From the NCBI RefSeq assembly GCF_009914755.1, contig NC_060929.1: a DNA stretch of 64,000 nucleotides; one strand, written 5' to 3'. The notes below the pieces were generated by a model. That model did no database searches, was not told the origin of the DNA, and worked only from the letters and a program-made list of their open reading frames with translations. Within the stretch, counting starts at the first letter, position 1. Each line of letters starts with the position of its first letter. The DNA comes from the human T2T-CHM13v2.0 reference genome, Homo sapiens. Positions 1-16,175 of the stretch are shown here, piece after piece. The translations under genes and the position numbers were made by a program.

Positions 1-500
1 AAAATTTTCACAATCATTTATCAATAAGAGATTTGTACCAATATATAAAGACCTATGAAAAATCAAAAATAAAAATGATAACCCAATTAAAATTGAGCAA
101 AGGATTTGAGTAGACATTTCTCCAAAAAATACAAATGGCCAACAGCACATAAAAAGAGGCTCAACATCATTATTCATCAGAGAAATGAAAAAGAAAAAAA
201 AAAAACTACAGTGAGATGCCACTTCACACCCACTAGGATAGCTAATATAAAAAAAGACAGATAATAATAAGTGCTGATGAGGATGTGCAGAAAGTGGAAC
301 CCTCATACACTGCTGGCAGGATTGTAAGTATGGGGAGAAATGGGTAATGGGTATGGAATTTCTTTTGGGGTGATAAAAATGTTGTAAAATTAGATAGTAA
401 TGATAGTTGTACAAGTCTGCAAATATGCAAAAAGACTTTGAACTGTATATTTTATTTAAAGGATGAATTTTATGGCATGTAAGTCATATTTCAATAAATC
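1..500 (+). mobile_element. Ancient L1M (L1MB/MC-like) ORF2-end and 3'UTR fragments
   Basis: Motifs such as aatggccaacagcacat, ctacagtgagatgccacttcacaccc and ggggtgataaaaatgtt...aataaa. Confidence 0.75.
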
Positions 501-980
501 TTAATAAATCTCCATTATATCTTGATAAAAGTATGTAAAATTTATCTCAGAAATAAAAAAGTTTAAAAAATGCAAACAAGCGAACGTAAGCTAATTATTA
601 AATAAAAGGTGAAGCTGAACCGATTGGGGATGAAATGGAAAGTTTTCTAGACTTATTTCATAGACTGCCATATAACATTGTAAGGATATTATTATGATGA
701 TAATTTAGTTATATTATAATTTAGTTTAGTCATTTTCTTATTTTATTGAAAAGACTATACCTACAAGGGTGTGTCATACAGAAGCAATCTTTTCAGTCAG
801 ACTGAGAGCTGGGCATGCCAGCAACAAGGAGCCTATAAAAGTCTTACACCTGAACGAAAAAAGTAATACTGTCTAATGTGGAGTAACTGATTAGGTAGAA
901 TTCCCAAATCAGTCAATATTTAAATGCAGAGTAGGGAGAATTAACAAATTTAGTTAGTAAAAGAGTTAAGGTTTAAACTT

Positions 981-1298
<318 letters not shown>

Positions 1299-3380
1299 TT
1301 AGTCAACTAACTGTGCAGATATTTAAGACTACTCATGTTGTTGTAATATACATTATTTTCAAACTTGGGATAAGAGCAGTATTAGACTCTTTATCCTCAA
1401 GATATTTCTAGATCATTTGGGCAAAATGAGATTGGACATAAAAGATAACTTTAACAAAACTAATTAGTATGTATCTTGAAGTTATATTACAAATGGCAAT
1501 TTATTTTTACTGAATTACCTAGATTTTTAAAGTAAGTTTGTAAGAGTATTTTTGGCCTGAGTTATCTGGATACCATTATGATTCAGTTTTTCTTGCTTAC
1601 TTCCCTTATTTTAACTTCCCTCAATTTTTGACTCCCAGCAGCCCAACTTTTAGCTGTTCTCATTGATCACATTATGCAGATATCTTACCAATATCCAATT
1701 TACTTTGTTCCTCATGGACAAAATATAAATGACACTTCTTTAAGGTCACAGTTAGCTGATGTAAAAGACTAATTATTTTAGTTCCATTTTCTCTTCAGTG
1801 TAAATCCAAATCATGCTCCAGGCAATTTAAAAAAATCTGCTGAGAGTAGAGAGAGGTTGAGTGTCCTCATGCAGCTATGTCCAAAACCAGTCCTCTATCA
1901 GCTGCTGAAGGGCAGCTTAGGCTGCCTGGAGGCCAGGGAGCCCAGCATGGAACAATGGCAGGAAAATAGAGTTCCCTTCATTCCTTAATTCACATGCAAG
2001 TGAGGTGCCAATCAAGTGCTGACAAGCATGGAGAAACCAAAATCAAAAGTGGGTAGCGATACACTTTCAAAAGGAGCTGTTTTCACACATTTCTAAGTGA
2101 TTTTTTAATGATGGTTGGGAATATACTAATAATAACATGGAAAAGGAAATAAAAGTAATAAGAAAAACACAAAATTTGTATCAGTTGAGATGATTCAATA
2201 AACTAATGAAATATATTTACTAAAATTACTTAACATGTTTTATAAAAACATATGAACACTGTTGTTTTGGCTAAGCAAAGAAATTTCCATTCAAATTGAT
2301 ATATTGAGCACTGCAAACGGGGAAGGTAAGGTGTGCTGAGATCAATAACTGGGCATTGATAAACCCTGTTAATTTCCAAATTAAATAAAAAATTAAAGGT
2401 TACTTGATTTGGCCAAACTGATCGCCTGGAAAGATAAGAGCAAAACACTCTGAAATGGCCAACAATAAAAGTGATGAAATCACTTCATCATAGTAGCTGG
2501 AGAAAAAGATGATGAAGAAGGTCAAAAACTGCATTGTTTTAAAATGACAGTTAATTTTCAAAAAATGAGCCTGAATTTTTTAAAACTAGTATAAGGCAAA
2601 AGTAAGTTGCATTATTTGTAGATTTCTTTCCAGATGAATTTGGTAAATGCATTCTAATTATGGTTAATAATTCTATTATGTGTAAAGTAAAATTTGTAAG
2701 AAATTTCAGGCTTTGTAAATGATGGTTTAATAACTGTAACTTTACATATTGGCATTATTTTAAGTATACAGAAAAGACAACAGAGGCAGATATATTACTT
2801 TTAAAAGTTCATTATCAATTCATGAGATGAAACAGTTCTTTCCTTTTGTCTTTAATGACTAAATCCTACAATCAATAGGGTTGTCTTATCAAAATTTATT
2901 TTTACTAGGAACACAGAGAGTTCAGAGAATTGGAAATTTGAGTTGTTACCATATGGTGAGAGTAAAAGCAGTTAATAGCATATTTTTAATATCATGTTTC
3001 TTCTTATTATAGTAAAATGTATACTGTTTTTTAATGAGGTTAGATCTAATCAAGTTCTAAGATTTACTACCATAAAATGAATATTGGTTTTGAAAAAAAT
3101 CTCTGATTATAAGATATTCTTCAGGATAAATACAACATTTTAAGATAGGATATAATAGTAAATTATGTTCTCACTTTTCGAAAACAACAATTAGCAAAAT
3201 ATTAAAGCATAAGTAATTGCATTTACTGGTGAAACTGTACTTGCTACAATTTACATTTAAAACAATTTTTTTTTGAAATTCATGACATAACGAAGAATGT
3301 GAACTTGTAGGACAGTGGTAGAAAAACGATTTCCATGCATTCAAACACGACGCTACAAACTAAGACTGTTCCCTAAGAAA

Positions 3381-3411
3381 TGTGTGTGTTTGTGTGTGTA
3401 TGTGTGTGTGT
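3381..3411. repeat. (TG)n microsatellite, imperfect
   Basis: Read directly from the sequence. Confidence 0.9.
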
Positions 3412-5793
3412 CATCTTTAATCAAAAGTAAAATTTTATGGCAATTTAAATGACTGAAATCCAAAGGATTTACTGTCTGACATGTGTAATGCACTACTGGG
3501 ACAAAAAACCAAATCATAATTTAAGATTTACATATTAATCTTGACAATTTACTTGCTTGTAAAGTTAATATTAAAATTTTGAATGAAAGTAAAACAATTC
3601 ATACAATACAGTTAATGTTGAAAAGTCCTGAAAAAATGCCTATTTGTCAATATTTTAACACCATGAGTTTTTAAATTTGCTTTTGCCTAAAACTGAATAA
3701 CATTTTTTTTCAGTTTTAGGCAAAAGCAAAGGATCTAAAAACATTTCAATGTTTATTATTTCTTTAACAATACTATATTTTAGAAAGCCTTTCAAACAAA
3801 AACACAGTGGACCTAAACATATTAATCAAATTTGTCAAAAAATAATGTAAAATTCATCAGGGTACAATGTTATTTGCTTAAAGGAATCCATTGTATGAGG
3901 TCAGGAACCAGTCTTTATTCATTTGCCACCATCCGTATGCTTCCATTACATACCCCCAAATCAAAGTTATTTCACAAAAAGTAGCAAAAAAAAAAAACGA
4001 AGATGAGATAATTGCCATTAATACTTTAGAACCTAAACAACGTATATTACATTAAATAGACTTCTCAGCCCTGGCGTTGCCTGACAGATATGTGATGTGC
4101 CAGTGGTTATATTATATTCCTCCTCCCATGCATGTGCCTCCTGCAGAGATAGCAGACTACAGAAGCTGACCCTTACTGAGACCATCTTGTCTCTCTGACA
4201 AAGCTCCTTTTTAACTTCTTACTTACTGGTTACTTCCTGTGATGGAGAAAAACTTTAGCTCAGCTTGTGATAATTTCACAGGCCCTGAGGACCCTGACCC
4301 TAATAGCCTCAAGGTCAGAAGTCAAGTCTTGTTCTGAAACATCTGTGTGCTTTATATTAAAGTGGAACAAAAGTGGAGAAATATCCACCAGTGTGTGACA
4401 AGCAGGACGGGCAAAATAGGACTGACACACTGGTCATCTGTTAACTCTGGCATCTTCAGTTCATTGTAAAAACTGTCCAAAAGGAATGTAAATTTTAAGT
4501 TTGGTGTGTAAAGGTTTTCGTAAACTGTCTTAAAGTTAAAAAATGGGAATTTATGTTTTATAGAACTCTAAAATTTGATTAGCCTTGCAGACTTTCAGAC
4601 ATATTTTAAGTCACTCTACAAGTCAAGAAATTTCATGCTTTAAGTAATTTAACAGCTTACAAAGAAAAAATAAGCTATATATAATCTATATCTATGGAGA
4701 TATAGAGATATATATATCTATATAGCTATATATTTATATCTGTAGGGATTGAAAGGAATTATTTGAAAAACAACATTCATATTTTAAAAAGTACATCATA
4801 GTAGTGTGCTAAAGAGCTATCTTAAGATATCTATTATATATATCAAAATAAATAAATTAATTCAGCATAGTTAAAATTAGTTGAAAATAATCCCTAAAAA
4901 CTGAAATAAATTTAGAAAATAAATGATTTAACTTAACGATTTATTGATCTTAAGACAGCAGAAGCACTTGTAGAGTTAAGTCAGCTAAAATATTCTCAGA
5001 TGTCACTACCAGTTTTAAAACTAAATCAAGTGGGTAAGCAATAAGACATAGGGTGGTTGAAAAGGTCACGGAAATATATTCAATTTCCATGTCAGAGAAA
5101 AACATGCCAAAGTCTAGAAACATAAAAATTAGGCAATCAATATTGTGTCTCTGGTTCAATGTCCACTTAGATCTATTTGGATTTAAAATGATCAACTGCA
5201 CTTTTATCAAATTAACTATTTTATGGTAGGATTGGTAACTTCCTGTAACATAAGAGATTATGGACAGATCCCATGAATTCTTCACTAATCCATTATTAGA
5301 ATTGATTATATCACATTAACCATGCTGGCCCATGATTGTGATATTGTAATATTGCATCTAAAACAGACAGAATTCAGAAATTTGGTAATTTTTTTCTATC
5401 ATGTACACATAATCTTAACTCCAAGAATCAAATTATTTTTAAATATGAAGATTTCTATGATCAAGCAATGCATTCTAGTTAGAAGCAGATTAATGGAAGC
5501 TTTCTTGCAGTTTTAATACTAATTATATAAAATTCTGATCAAGTATCAAGTACAAGTCAGTTAAAGACTATCAAAATATTCTCAAGTATTCAAAATGTCT
5601 CTTGACATTTTAAACACTTTATAGATAACATAAGACTCAATGGTGTATACATAAAGCAGAAACAATAAATATCATGAAATGTATGGAAACTGGCACTATA
5701 ATGTAGAAATTAAAAACTAATATGTAAATAAGGAACAGGCAAAAAGCTTTCTGGTTAGCACTAAAAAGCTCTGTCACCATAAAATAAAGTAGT

Positions 5794-6040
5794 AGGCTGA
5801 GGCAGGCGGATGACGAGGTCAGGAGATTGAGAACATCCTGGCCAACATGGTGAAACCCCGTCTCTACTAAAAATATAAAAATTAGCTGAGCATGGTGGTG
5901 CATGCCCGTAATCCCAGCTACTTGGGAGGCTGAGGCAGGAGAATAGCCTGAACCAGGGAGTCAGAGGTTGCAGCGAGCTGAGATGGTGCCACTGCCCTCT
6001 AGCCTGGCGACAGAGACTCTGTCTCAAAAAATAATAATAA
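5794..6040 (+). mobile_element. 5'-truncated AluS (Sc-like)
   Basis: Alu body starting at ggctgaggcaggcggat, ending in an A/TAA-rich tail. Confidence 0.9.
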
Positions 6041-6223
6041 TATTAATAAAATAAATAAGTAAATTAATAAACTATTTTCAAACATCATAAAATTATTTAC
6101 TCAAAATATGTTATTTTCCTTCTTTATAACATAACTTAAAGAGTATTGATACCAACAGAAAGAAAGGAGAGGGGATAAACCTACAAGGAGACTGGAACTA
6201 CAGAGAGTAAAATAAGCACTTAC

Positions 6224-6343
6224 CAGTTCAACAAAAGCAAGTCCTCCATAGCTGTGAGCAACGAAAAACACATTCTCAGCAGCAGCCTGAGCTATGAAAT
6301 GATCCCAAACATAGATTGCATGTTCTTCAGGAGAACCATTTTC
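6224..6343 (-). CDS. FAM172A: FAM172A/ARB2A next coding exon (40 codons, [40 protein letters not shown]), with the alpha/beta-hydrolase-like AHSYGG motif
   Basis: Hand translation of the minus strand (absent from the ORF track). Acceptor tttcccttatag|GAA, donor CTG|gtaagt; 120 nt, phase 0/0; continues the recalled FAM172A sequence after ...QLYIR. Confidence 0.96.
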
Positions 6344-6513
6344 CTATAAGGGAAACAAATGTCATATATTACATATTATACCTAATTATTATCATAGCAA
6401 ACAACAATTAAATTATATGCTTGCATACACAGCATATGAAATACAATGGTTATAGCTCATTCAAAATAAAAATAATATAAAAGAACTACATTGAAAATTC
6501 AAATTAGAGAATA

Positions 6514-7788
6514 TGAGAGGACTTCAAAAAGTTTGTAAAAAAATAGAATTAAAAGATAAAAATTAAAAAAAACACTTTATTTCTGAACATTTCATGAAGG
6601 TCAAGAAACTTTTGTAAGTGGTGATACATGCCTTTTAGTACACTCCTAAAGAACTCCGGGTCCTGGTAATTTAACCATGTCAATGCAGTCTTTTTTACAT
6701 TATTAACTGAAGAAAAGTGATGCCCTTAAACATTTTTTAAGATTAGAAAACTACAAGTCAGAAGGAGCCAAATCAGGACTGCAACGTGGATGCCTAATGA
6801 TTTCCCAGAGAAACTCCTGCAAAATTACCCTTGTTTGATGAGAGGAATGAGCAGGATATTCTTGTGGTTGAGAACTCTCTGATGAAGCTTTCCCAGGCAT
6901 TTTTCTGCTAAAGCTTTTGCTAAATTTCTGAAAACACTTTCATAATAAACAGATGCTATTGTTCTTTGGCCCTCTAGAAAGTCAGTAAGCAAAATGCCTT
7001 GGGCATCCCCCCAAACTGTTGCCAGAACCTTTGATCTTGACCAGTCAGATTTTGTTTTGACTGGACCACTTCCATCTCTTGGTAGCCATTGCTTTGATTG
7101 TGCTTTGTCTTCAGGATTGTACTGGTAAAGCCATGTTTCATCTCCCGTTGTAATTCTTCAAAGAAATGTTTACTTTGATCCAAATTGTTAAAAATGTCCA
7201 TTGAAATATGTGTTCTTGTCTGCAGCTGATCTGGGTGCAACAGTTTTGGTACACATTGAGTGCAAAGTTTTTTCACCTTAAATTTTTCAGTCAGAATTGT
7301 GTAGGTGGAATCAATTGAGATGTCTATATGTCAGCTATTGTTTCTGTTGTTCATCACTTATCTCATCAATTAGGGCACAAACAATTTTTTTTCTCCTAAA
7401 TTGATGCAGATGGTCAGCTGCTATGAGCTTCATCTTCAACAATGTTCTGTCCGTTCTTCAAATGAGTTAGCCATTTGTAAACTACTGATTTGTTTGGGAG
7501 ACTGTCCCCATAAACTTTTTGTAAAGCATCAATGATTTTACCATTCTTCCACCCAAGCTTCACTATAAATTTGATGCTTGTTCTTGCTTCAATTTTAGCA
7601 GAATTCATGTTGCTCTGACAGGTGCTCTTTTCAAACTGATGTCCTGTATTTCTTAGTGCCTTGAATGAGATCCTCTCCAGGCATGTCATAGCAAGTTAGT
7701 AAGAGTTTATTTTGGTGCAATAAAAATGAAATCCATGCATGGATTTTTCATAATATGCATTTTCCATGAACTTTTTGAAGGCTCTTCA
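6514..7788 (-). mobile_element. Full-length Hsmar2 mariner DNA transposon with decayed transposase (ATG at 7608)
   Basis: Degenerate TIRs tgagaggacttcaaaaagttt / ttccatgaactttttgaaggctcttca, TA at the left flank. ORF MNSAKIEARTSIKFIVKLGWKNG... matches the Hsmar2 transposase N-terminus; ~1.28 kb. Confidence 0.9.
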
Positions 7789-8661
7789 AAAATCAGTGAG
7801 CACATTAGAATTATATAGCAGAAAGTTATACTGATCTTTTGATAAAACAATGTAATACTAAAAAATGTATTTACATTCCCATAGTTAGATGTGAAAATAT
7901 TTAATATATATCTAAATTATTTTATTTATAAGATTTTAAGTATCTCTGTAAGCTAAAAATAAGGAAAAATGAATAATAAATATTTTCTGTTGAAATTATC
8001 AAAATATATATATACATTTTTTCTAAAAGCATTTTCTATACAGATTTTTGGAATTGGGAAAAAAACCTAAATATATAAACCTAGGCCTTTTACATTTTTC
8101 CTAACTTGCTAAACCCAAATAAATGTATGTCACTTAAGTTGCAAAAGTTATGTAATAACTTCATTTTGCTGTTTATTTCTATGGCTGACATATTGTGGTT
8201 AAAGCCAAAACCTGGATAATGTGAAAAACAAAAACAAACTAAAATGTGAAATAATACTGATCAAAAAGCAAACTGTGAAGAACTGAAACCTCAAGAAAAT
8301 GCTTTGTACGAATATTTCTTAGAAGCTTGAACACTAAAAGACTCATTTCCTAAGAATGTCATGGATATTAGACAATGCACACAATCACATTTTCCTTTTT
8401 AGAAATTTTATAATAAATTATTAAGGTCCCCACATGCATGGCATCACTTGCCATCTAGAAGTTAGTTCTCTCTATGTCTATCTGTCCTAAATTTCTCTCC
8501 AGAGCCACAAAGCCAACTATTTAATGGTCATTTCCTTCTGTATGTACCACAGACATGTCAAACTCAACCAATCCAACACTGTAGTAAGAACCTCTACAAA
8601 TCTGTCTAAGCTCTCCATATCCAGCTGAAATCTGAGAGTCAACTTTTTTCCTTTTAAAATG

Positions 8662-11690
<3,029 letters not shown>

Positions 11691-12334
11691 CAACGTTTAT
11701 CTTCAGGCTGATTACCTACAACCTTGTAGTCATATATTAAAATACAAACATACTTCCAAAGTCATTTCTTAGTAACATAAATATGAAATTACCCACACAG
11801 AAGAATGAATAAAACAGTTGGAAGGAAAACCTTATAGGGATTTTAGGCTTTGATAATTTATCTTTCATTAGTTTAAAAAGTAAGAAAATGGTTAACATAA
11901 AAATGAGGATAGTGGTTAACTTTAAGGAAGGGAATGAAGTTGTGACTAAGAAATTGACTTTTAGTGGCTGCCAGCATTCCACTTCTTGTCTGCTTTGATA
12001 GTTACACAAGTGTGTTCTTTATAGTTATTATTTAAACTAACCATACATATTTAGCACTTTTCTGTAGACATATCTGGAGTGACTATACAATTTGTTGTTC
12101 AAACTTTTGAGAGTGAAGAAAGATATTATCAGTAATTGTAGTGGAAAACAGGTCTAAATTGGAACTATACAGAAAAATACTGAACACCTCATCACCCTAG
12201 TTATAGCTCACAATGCAAGAAATATGAAAACAAAATAGGAAAGTTACCAGAGTTTCCACCTATTGATGGTTGGCATAACTAACCATCTTAAATACCTGAG
12301 ATGGTCCTAAATACTCCATATATGGACAGGATTA

Positions 12335-12388
12335 CATATATGTGTGTATATATATTTATATGTATATATATATGTGTGTGTGTGTGTA

Positions 12389-12443
<55 letters not shown>

Positions 12444-12449
12444 ACACAC
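12335..12449. repeat. Compound (TA)n/(TG)n microsatellite with a long pure TA run
   Basis: Read directly from the sequence. Confidence 0.95.
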
Positions 12450-12800
12450 AATTAGATAACTCTGTCCCCATTAAGCTCTGCGCTGGAAGTGTAGATGGAA
12501 GAATGATAAGTATGCCATGATCCTGGCCTTTAATAAGTTAGAGGTATTAACACATAAAGACTTCAGAAGCAGTAGTGTGTGAGGAGTATTACCTCCTCTG
12601 ATCCTGTTGGACTGTCCTGAAACCAAGGTTGACGGGCCATTATAAATCCATACTATCTGACCTCAGTGAGGTTCTCCCTGCTGTCTTCTCAGTCACTAAT
12701 TCTTCCTGTATACTGTTGGGATCCTATTTGTCTCATTCTTTCCAGTCCCACCACTGTTTAGGTTTTCTTACAACAGACTTTAGTCTCAATTTTTCTAGTC

Positions 12801-13313
12801 CAGCAGTCCCCAACCTTTTTGACATCAGGGACCAGTTTTGTGGAAGACAGTTTTCCACAGACAGAGTGGAGAGGATGATTTTGGGATGATTCAGGTGCAT
12901 TACGTTTATTGTGCACTTTATTTCTATTGTAATATATAATGACATAATTATACAACTAACCATAATTTAGAATCAGTGGGAGCTCTGAGCTTGTTTTCCT
13001 GCAACTAGGTGGTCCTCTCTGGGGGTGATGAGAGACAGTGACAGATCGTCAGGCATTAGATTCTCATAAGGAGCGCACAACCTAGATCCCTCACATGCGC
13101 AGTTCACAATAGGGTTCATGCTTTTATAAGAATCTAATACTGCAGCTGATCTGATAGGAGGTGGAGCTCAGGTGGTAATGCGAGCAATGGGGAGCAGCTG
13201 TAAATACAGATGAAGCTTTGGCTTGCTTGCCTGCTGCTCACCTCCTGTTCAGCCCAGTTCCTAACAGGCCATGGACTGGTACCCATCTGTGACCCGGGGT
13301 TTGGGGAACCTTG
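12801..13313 (+). mobile_element. MER1A hAT-Charlie MITE, full length
   Basis: TIRs cagcagtccccaacc / gtttggggaaccttg; perfect 8-bp TSD ttctagtc (12793-12800 / 13314-13321). Confidence 0.92.
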
Positions 13314-14592
13314 TTCTAGTCTTTCCCTTTACTCTGTTGCCAGATCAATCTTTTTGAAGCCTTGCTCTGATCAAGCCACTCCGCTGCTAAAAAAAAAAAA
13401 AAAAAAAGTCATTTACTGAAATGATTTTGCCTACAAAGTAACTGGAACTCTTTAGCCAACATCTTCTCTAAAACTATCTTTCTAGCTTTCCCTCTCACTA
13501 TCTATTTCCAGGGATCTTATGCTCCAGGCAAATCTGGATTACACATTAATAGTCTGAAAGCCCTAGACAAAACTCAGTCATGCAACTCAGTCTGGGATGA
13601 GACAGGCAATGCAGCCCAGATTACACAAAGCCTAAAAGCAAGGAGTAGTTCAGTAATCCACATATGTGAGATGATAAAGACCATAATACTCCTCAGGGTG
13701 GTAGCAGAGTGAATGGAAAGAAAGGGATAGAATGAATCATCATAAAAGAAAAATGAGCAAAATTTTGTGAGTCACAGGATTTGAGGGAAAGTGCCGGCCA
13801 GGCCCATCCATGACTAAAGGGAGCTAAGAACCAACAGTTGTTTCTACTGCTTACAGAGAATAGTATTACAGCTTAGTCTTTTCCTCCACAGTCGATGGAG
13901 ATAATATCTGTTAATGGCCTGTCAGCAGTAGGAAAGAGAAACTTCATGTTTCCATGGGCTTCAAGTACTTAAATGTCTTCAGCTTGACTAAGGTCAAGCT
14001 GAAATTACAGATTTTAGCTTTAGACTTTTAAACCAAATATTCTAAAAAGTGAGACCCAACTGAAAAATGTCTACAATATCCACAAGGGGGTCTTTTATAG
14101 GCTCAACTAAACCATCAAACTCATGAGACTATTCTGGACCACACTTGATATCCATTGACTAAAAAAGATATAGAAAAGGAATCAACCTTGCTAGCAGGGC
14201 AGCACCAGACACTACTTTTTAGTGGGAGCCTTGCAGCAGTCCTTGTGGCAACCCCCAGAACCTCCGAGGATTTACTATCTTTGGAATATGGCGTGTTAAC
14301 TTAGGAGTGAGGGAATCAGGCTCACCTTGAGCAGATGCAGGAGTTATCCTGGCTTAAAAATCTTATACCCCACAGAAGCCAATATCTTTGCAATAACTCC
14401 ATAGGTATGGCTTTCAGGATTCCATCCCATAAGAGACATGCTCAATTCTAAGAGTCACTACTCTTAGGGAAGATCAAAGCTATGGTATACCATGTTCTGA
14501 TTACTACTAATCCTGATGGAGTTTACTAATTAGGGGTCATTTTCTACCACAGGCAATATTGTCTAGTGACCATCCACTTAAGAGTGAATGCT

Positions 14593-14958
14593 ATGATGTG
14601 CTGCCCAGAATCCCTTCAGTTATAAGTCATTCATTTCCTTAGCTGTGGGAGTGCTGGCCTTAGCTGAGGCACTCTCTAGAAATTGCCCTTAGCCAAAAAG
14701 CAACCTTGCTTAAGGTTACAGTCCTACCCCTGGTCGCTTGCCTATGGCAGAACATCTTTGAAAAGTCATCTCAGATCCAGAGACTACCATGGGGTTAGCT
14801 GAGGGCTTTGTTGTGACTACACTGCAGTTCAACTCCTGTCCAATTCTACTTTTTTTTACTCCCCTACAAGTGCTGATCCCAAGAGGACTCCTCAACAATC
14901 TTCCTGCATGTAAACTTCCATTTCGAAATTTATTATCTGGGAAACTCAACCTAACACA
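14593..14958 (+). mobile_element. LTR16-like ERVL solo LTR
   Basis: gctgcccagaatccctt...gctgatcccaagagg...tgcatgtaaacttc...ctgggaaactcaacctaacaca resembles LTR16. Confidence 0.65.
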
Positions 14959-15924
14959 CCACTATATCAGGCTTCCAGGGGGAAGAGCCAGAAAGTCAAC
15001 TGAAGGTCAGAATCTCATGCAGAAATTGAACTAGTTATTTACTACAATGTCTTACAAGAAATATATATAAAGTATTTATAACTATTTACATGTATTATCA
15101 TGCCTATGTTTAAAACAACTGCAAAATATTGGTGGCTCAGGATTACCTGCCAGCTCTACCATCAGCCATGGTAGCTTAATTTGAATCCTATACCATTTCA
15201 TTGGTTCTTCTCTACTCTATTTGTTTAATGTCAAGTCGCTTTTCCTTCCTTCTAGAATATAACCAACTTGAAAGTAGATTATCTTTTTAATTCAAACTAT
15301 AAATACAAGGCATGCTACAGGCATTCAACAATAATTAACAATGCTAGTGTTATTGGCAATGATACTGTGGACAAAATATTTTGGAGTACATTTCAAAAAT
15401 GAAAACAAATGAGTATTTAAACTTCATTTCAGGAATCCAGCTTCTAATAATCTGGAATGTGGCAAAAGACTGGTGGTCAAAGATATTCATCACTGTCTCA
15501 TTTATAAAAGCAAAACTTTGGATAAAGCGTAAGTATCCAATAATGAAAATATAAATAATAGTTTATCTGTTGAATGAAATATTATGTAGCTATTCTATGA
15601 GTTTATAATACATGCAGCTTATCTGATATGTAGTGTAATTTTTATCATATAAAAAAAGCCTGAAAAAGACTTTTCAAAAGAATAAATCAAATAAAACACT
15701 AAAAGCAGTTGAGCTGTCTATTGATGGTTGGAATATGAGTAGTTTTCTATTTTTAGTTTCTTCACACTTTTCTGAATGGCCAGAATTTCTACAAAGTACA
15801 TGCTTTTTATACTAAACAAGTAAACAACAGGAAAATCAGAATACCACTTAGTAATTACTGATGTCTTCTTAGGGTGAATTATCATCTGAGCAGGGTTTTT
15901 ACACCTTCGAATCTTTTTAAAAAT

Positions 15925-16175
15925 AATTTTAACTTTTATTTGAGATTCAGAGAGTACATGTGCAAGTTTGATACATGAGTATATTGTATAGTGCTGAGGT
16001 TTGAGATAGGAATGATCCCATCATCCAGGTAGTGAGTGTAGTATTCAACAGTTAGTATTTTAACCCTTGCCCCCTACTTCTCTCCCACCTTTGGTAGTCC
16101 CTAATGTCTTTGCTGCCATCTTCACGTCCATGAGTAAACAATGTTTAGGTCCCATTTGACACAAAAACATGTGTA
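15925..16175 (-). mobile_element. L1PB / old L1PA 3'UTR fragment
   Basis: gtacatgtgcaagtttgatacatgagtatattg...gatcccatcatccaggtagtgag. Confidence 0.8.
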
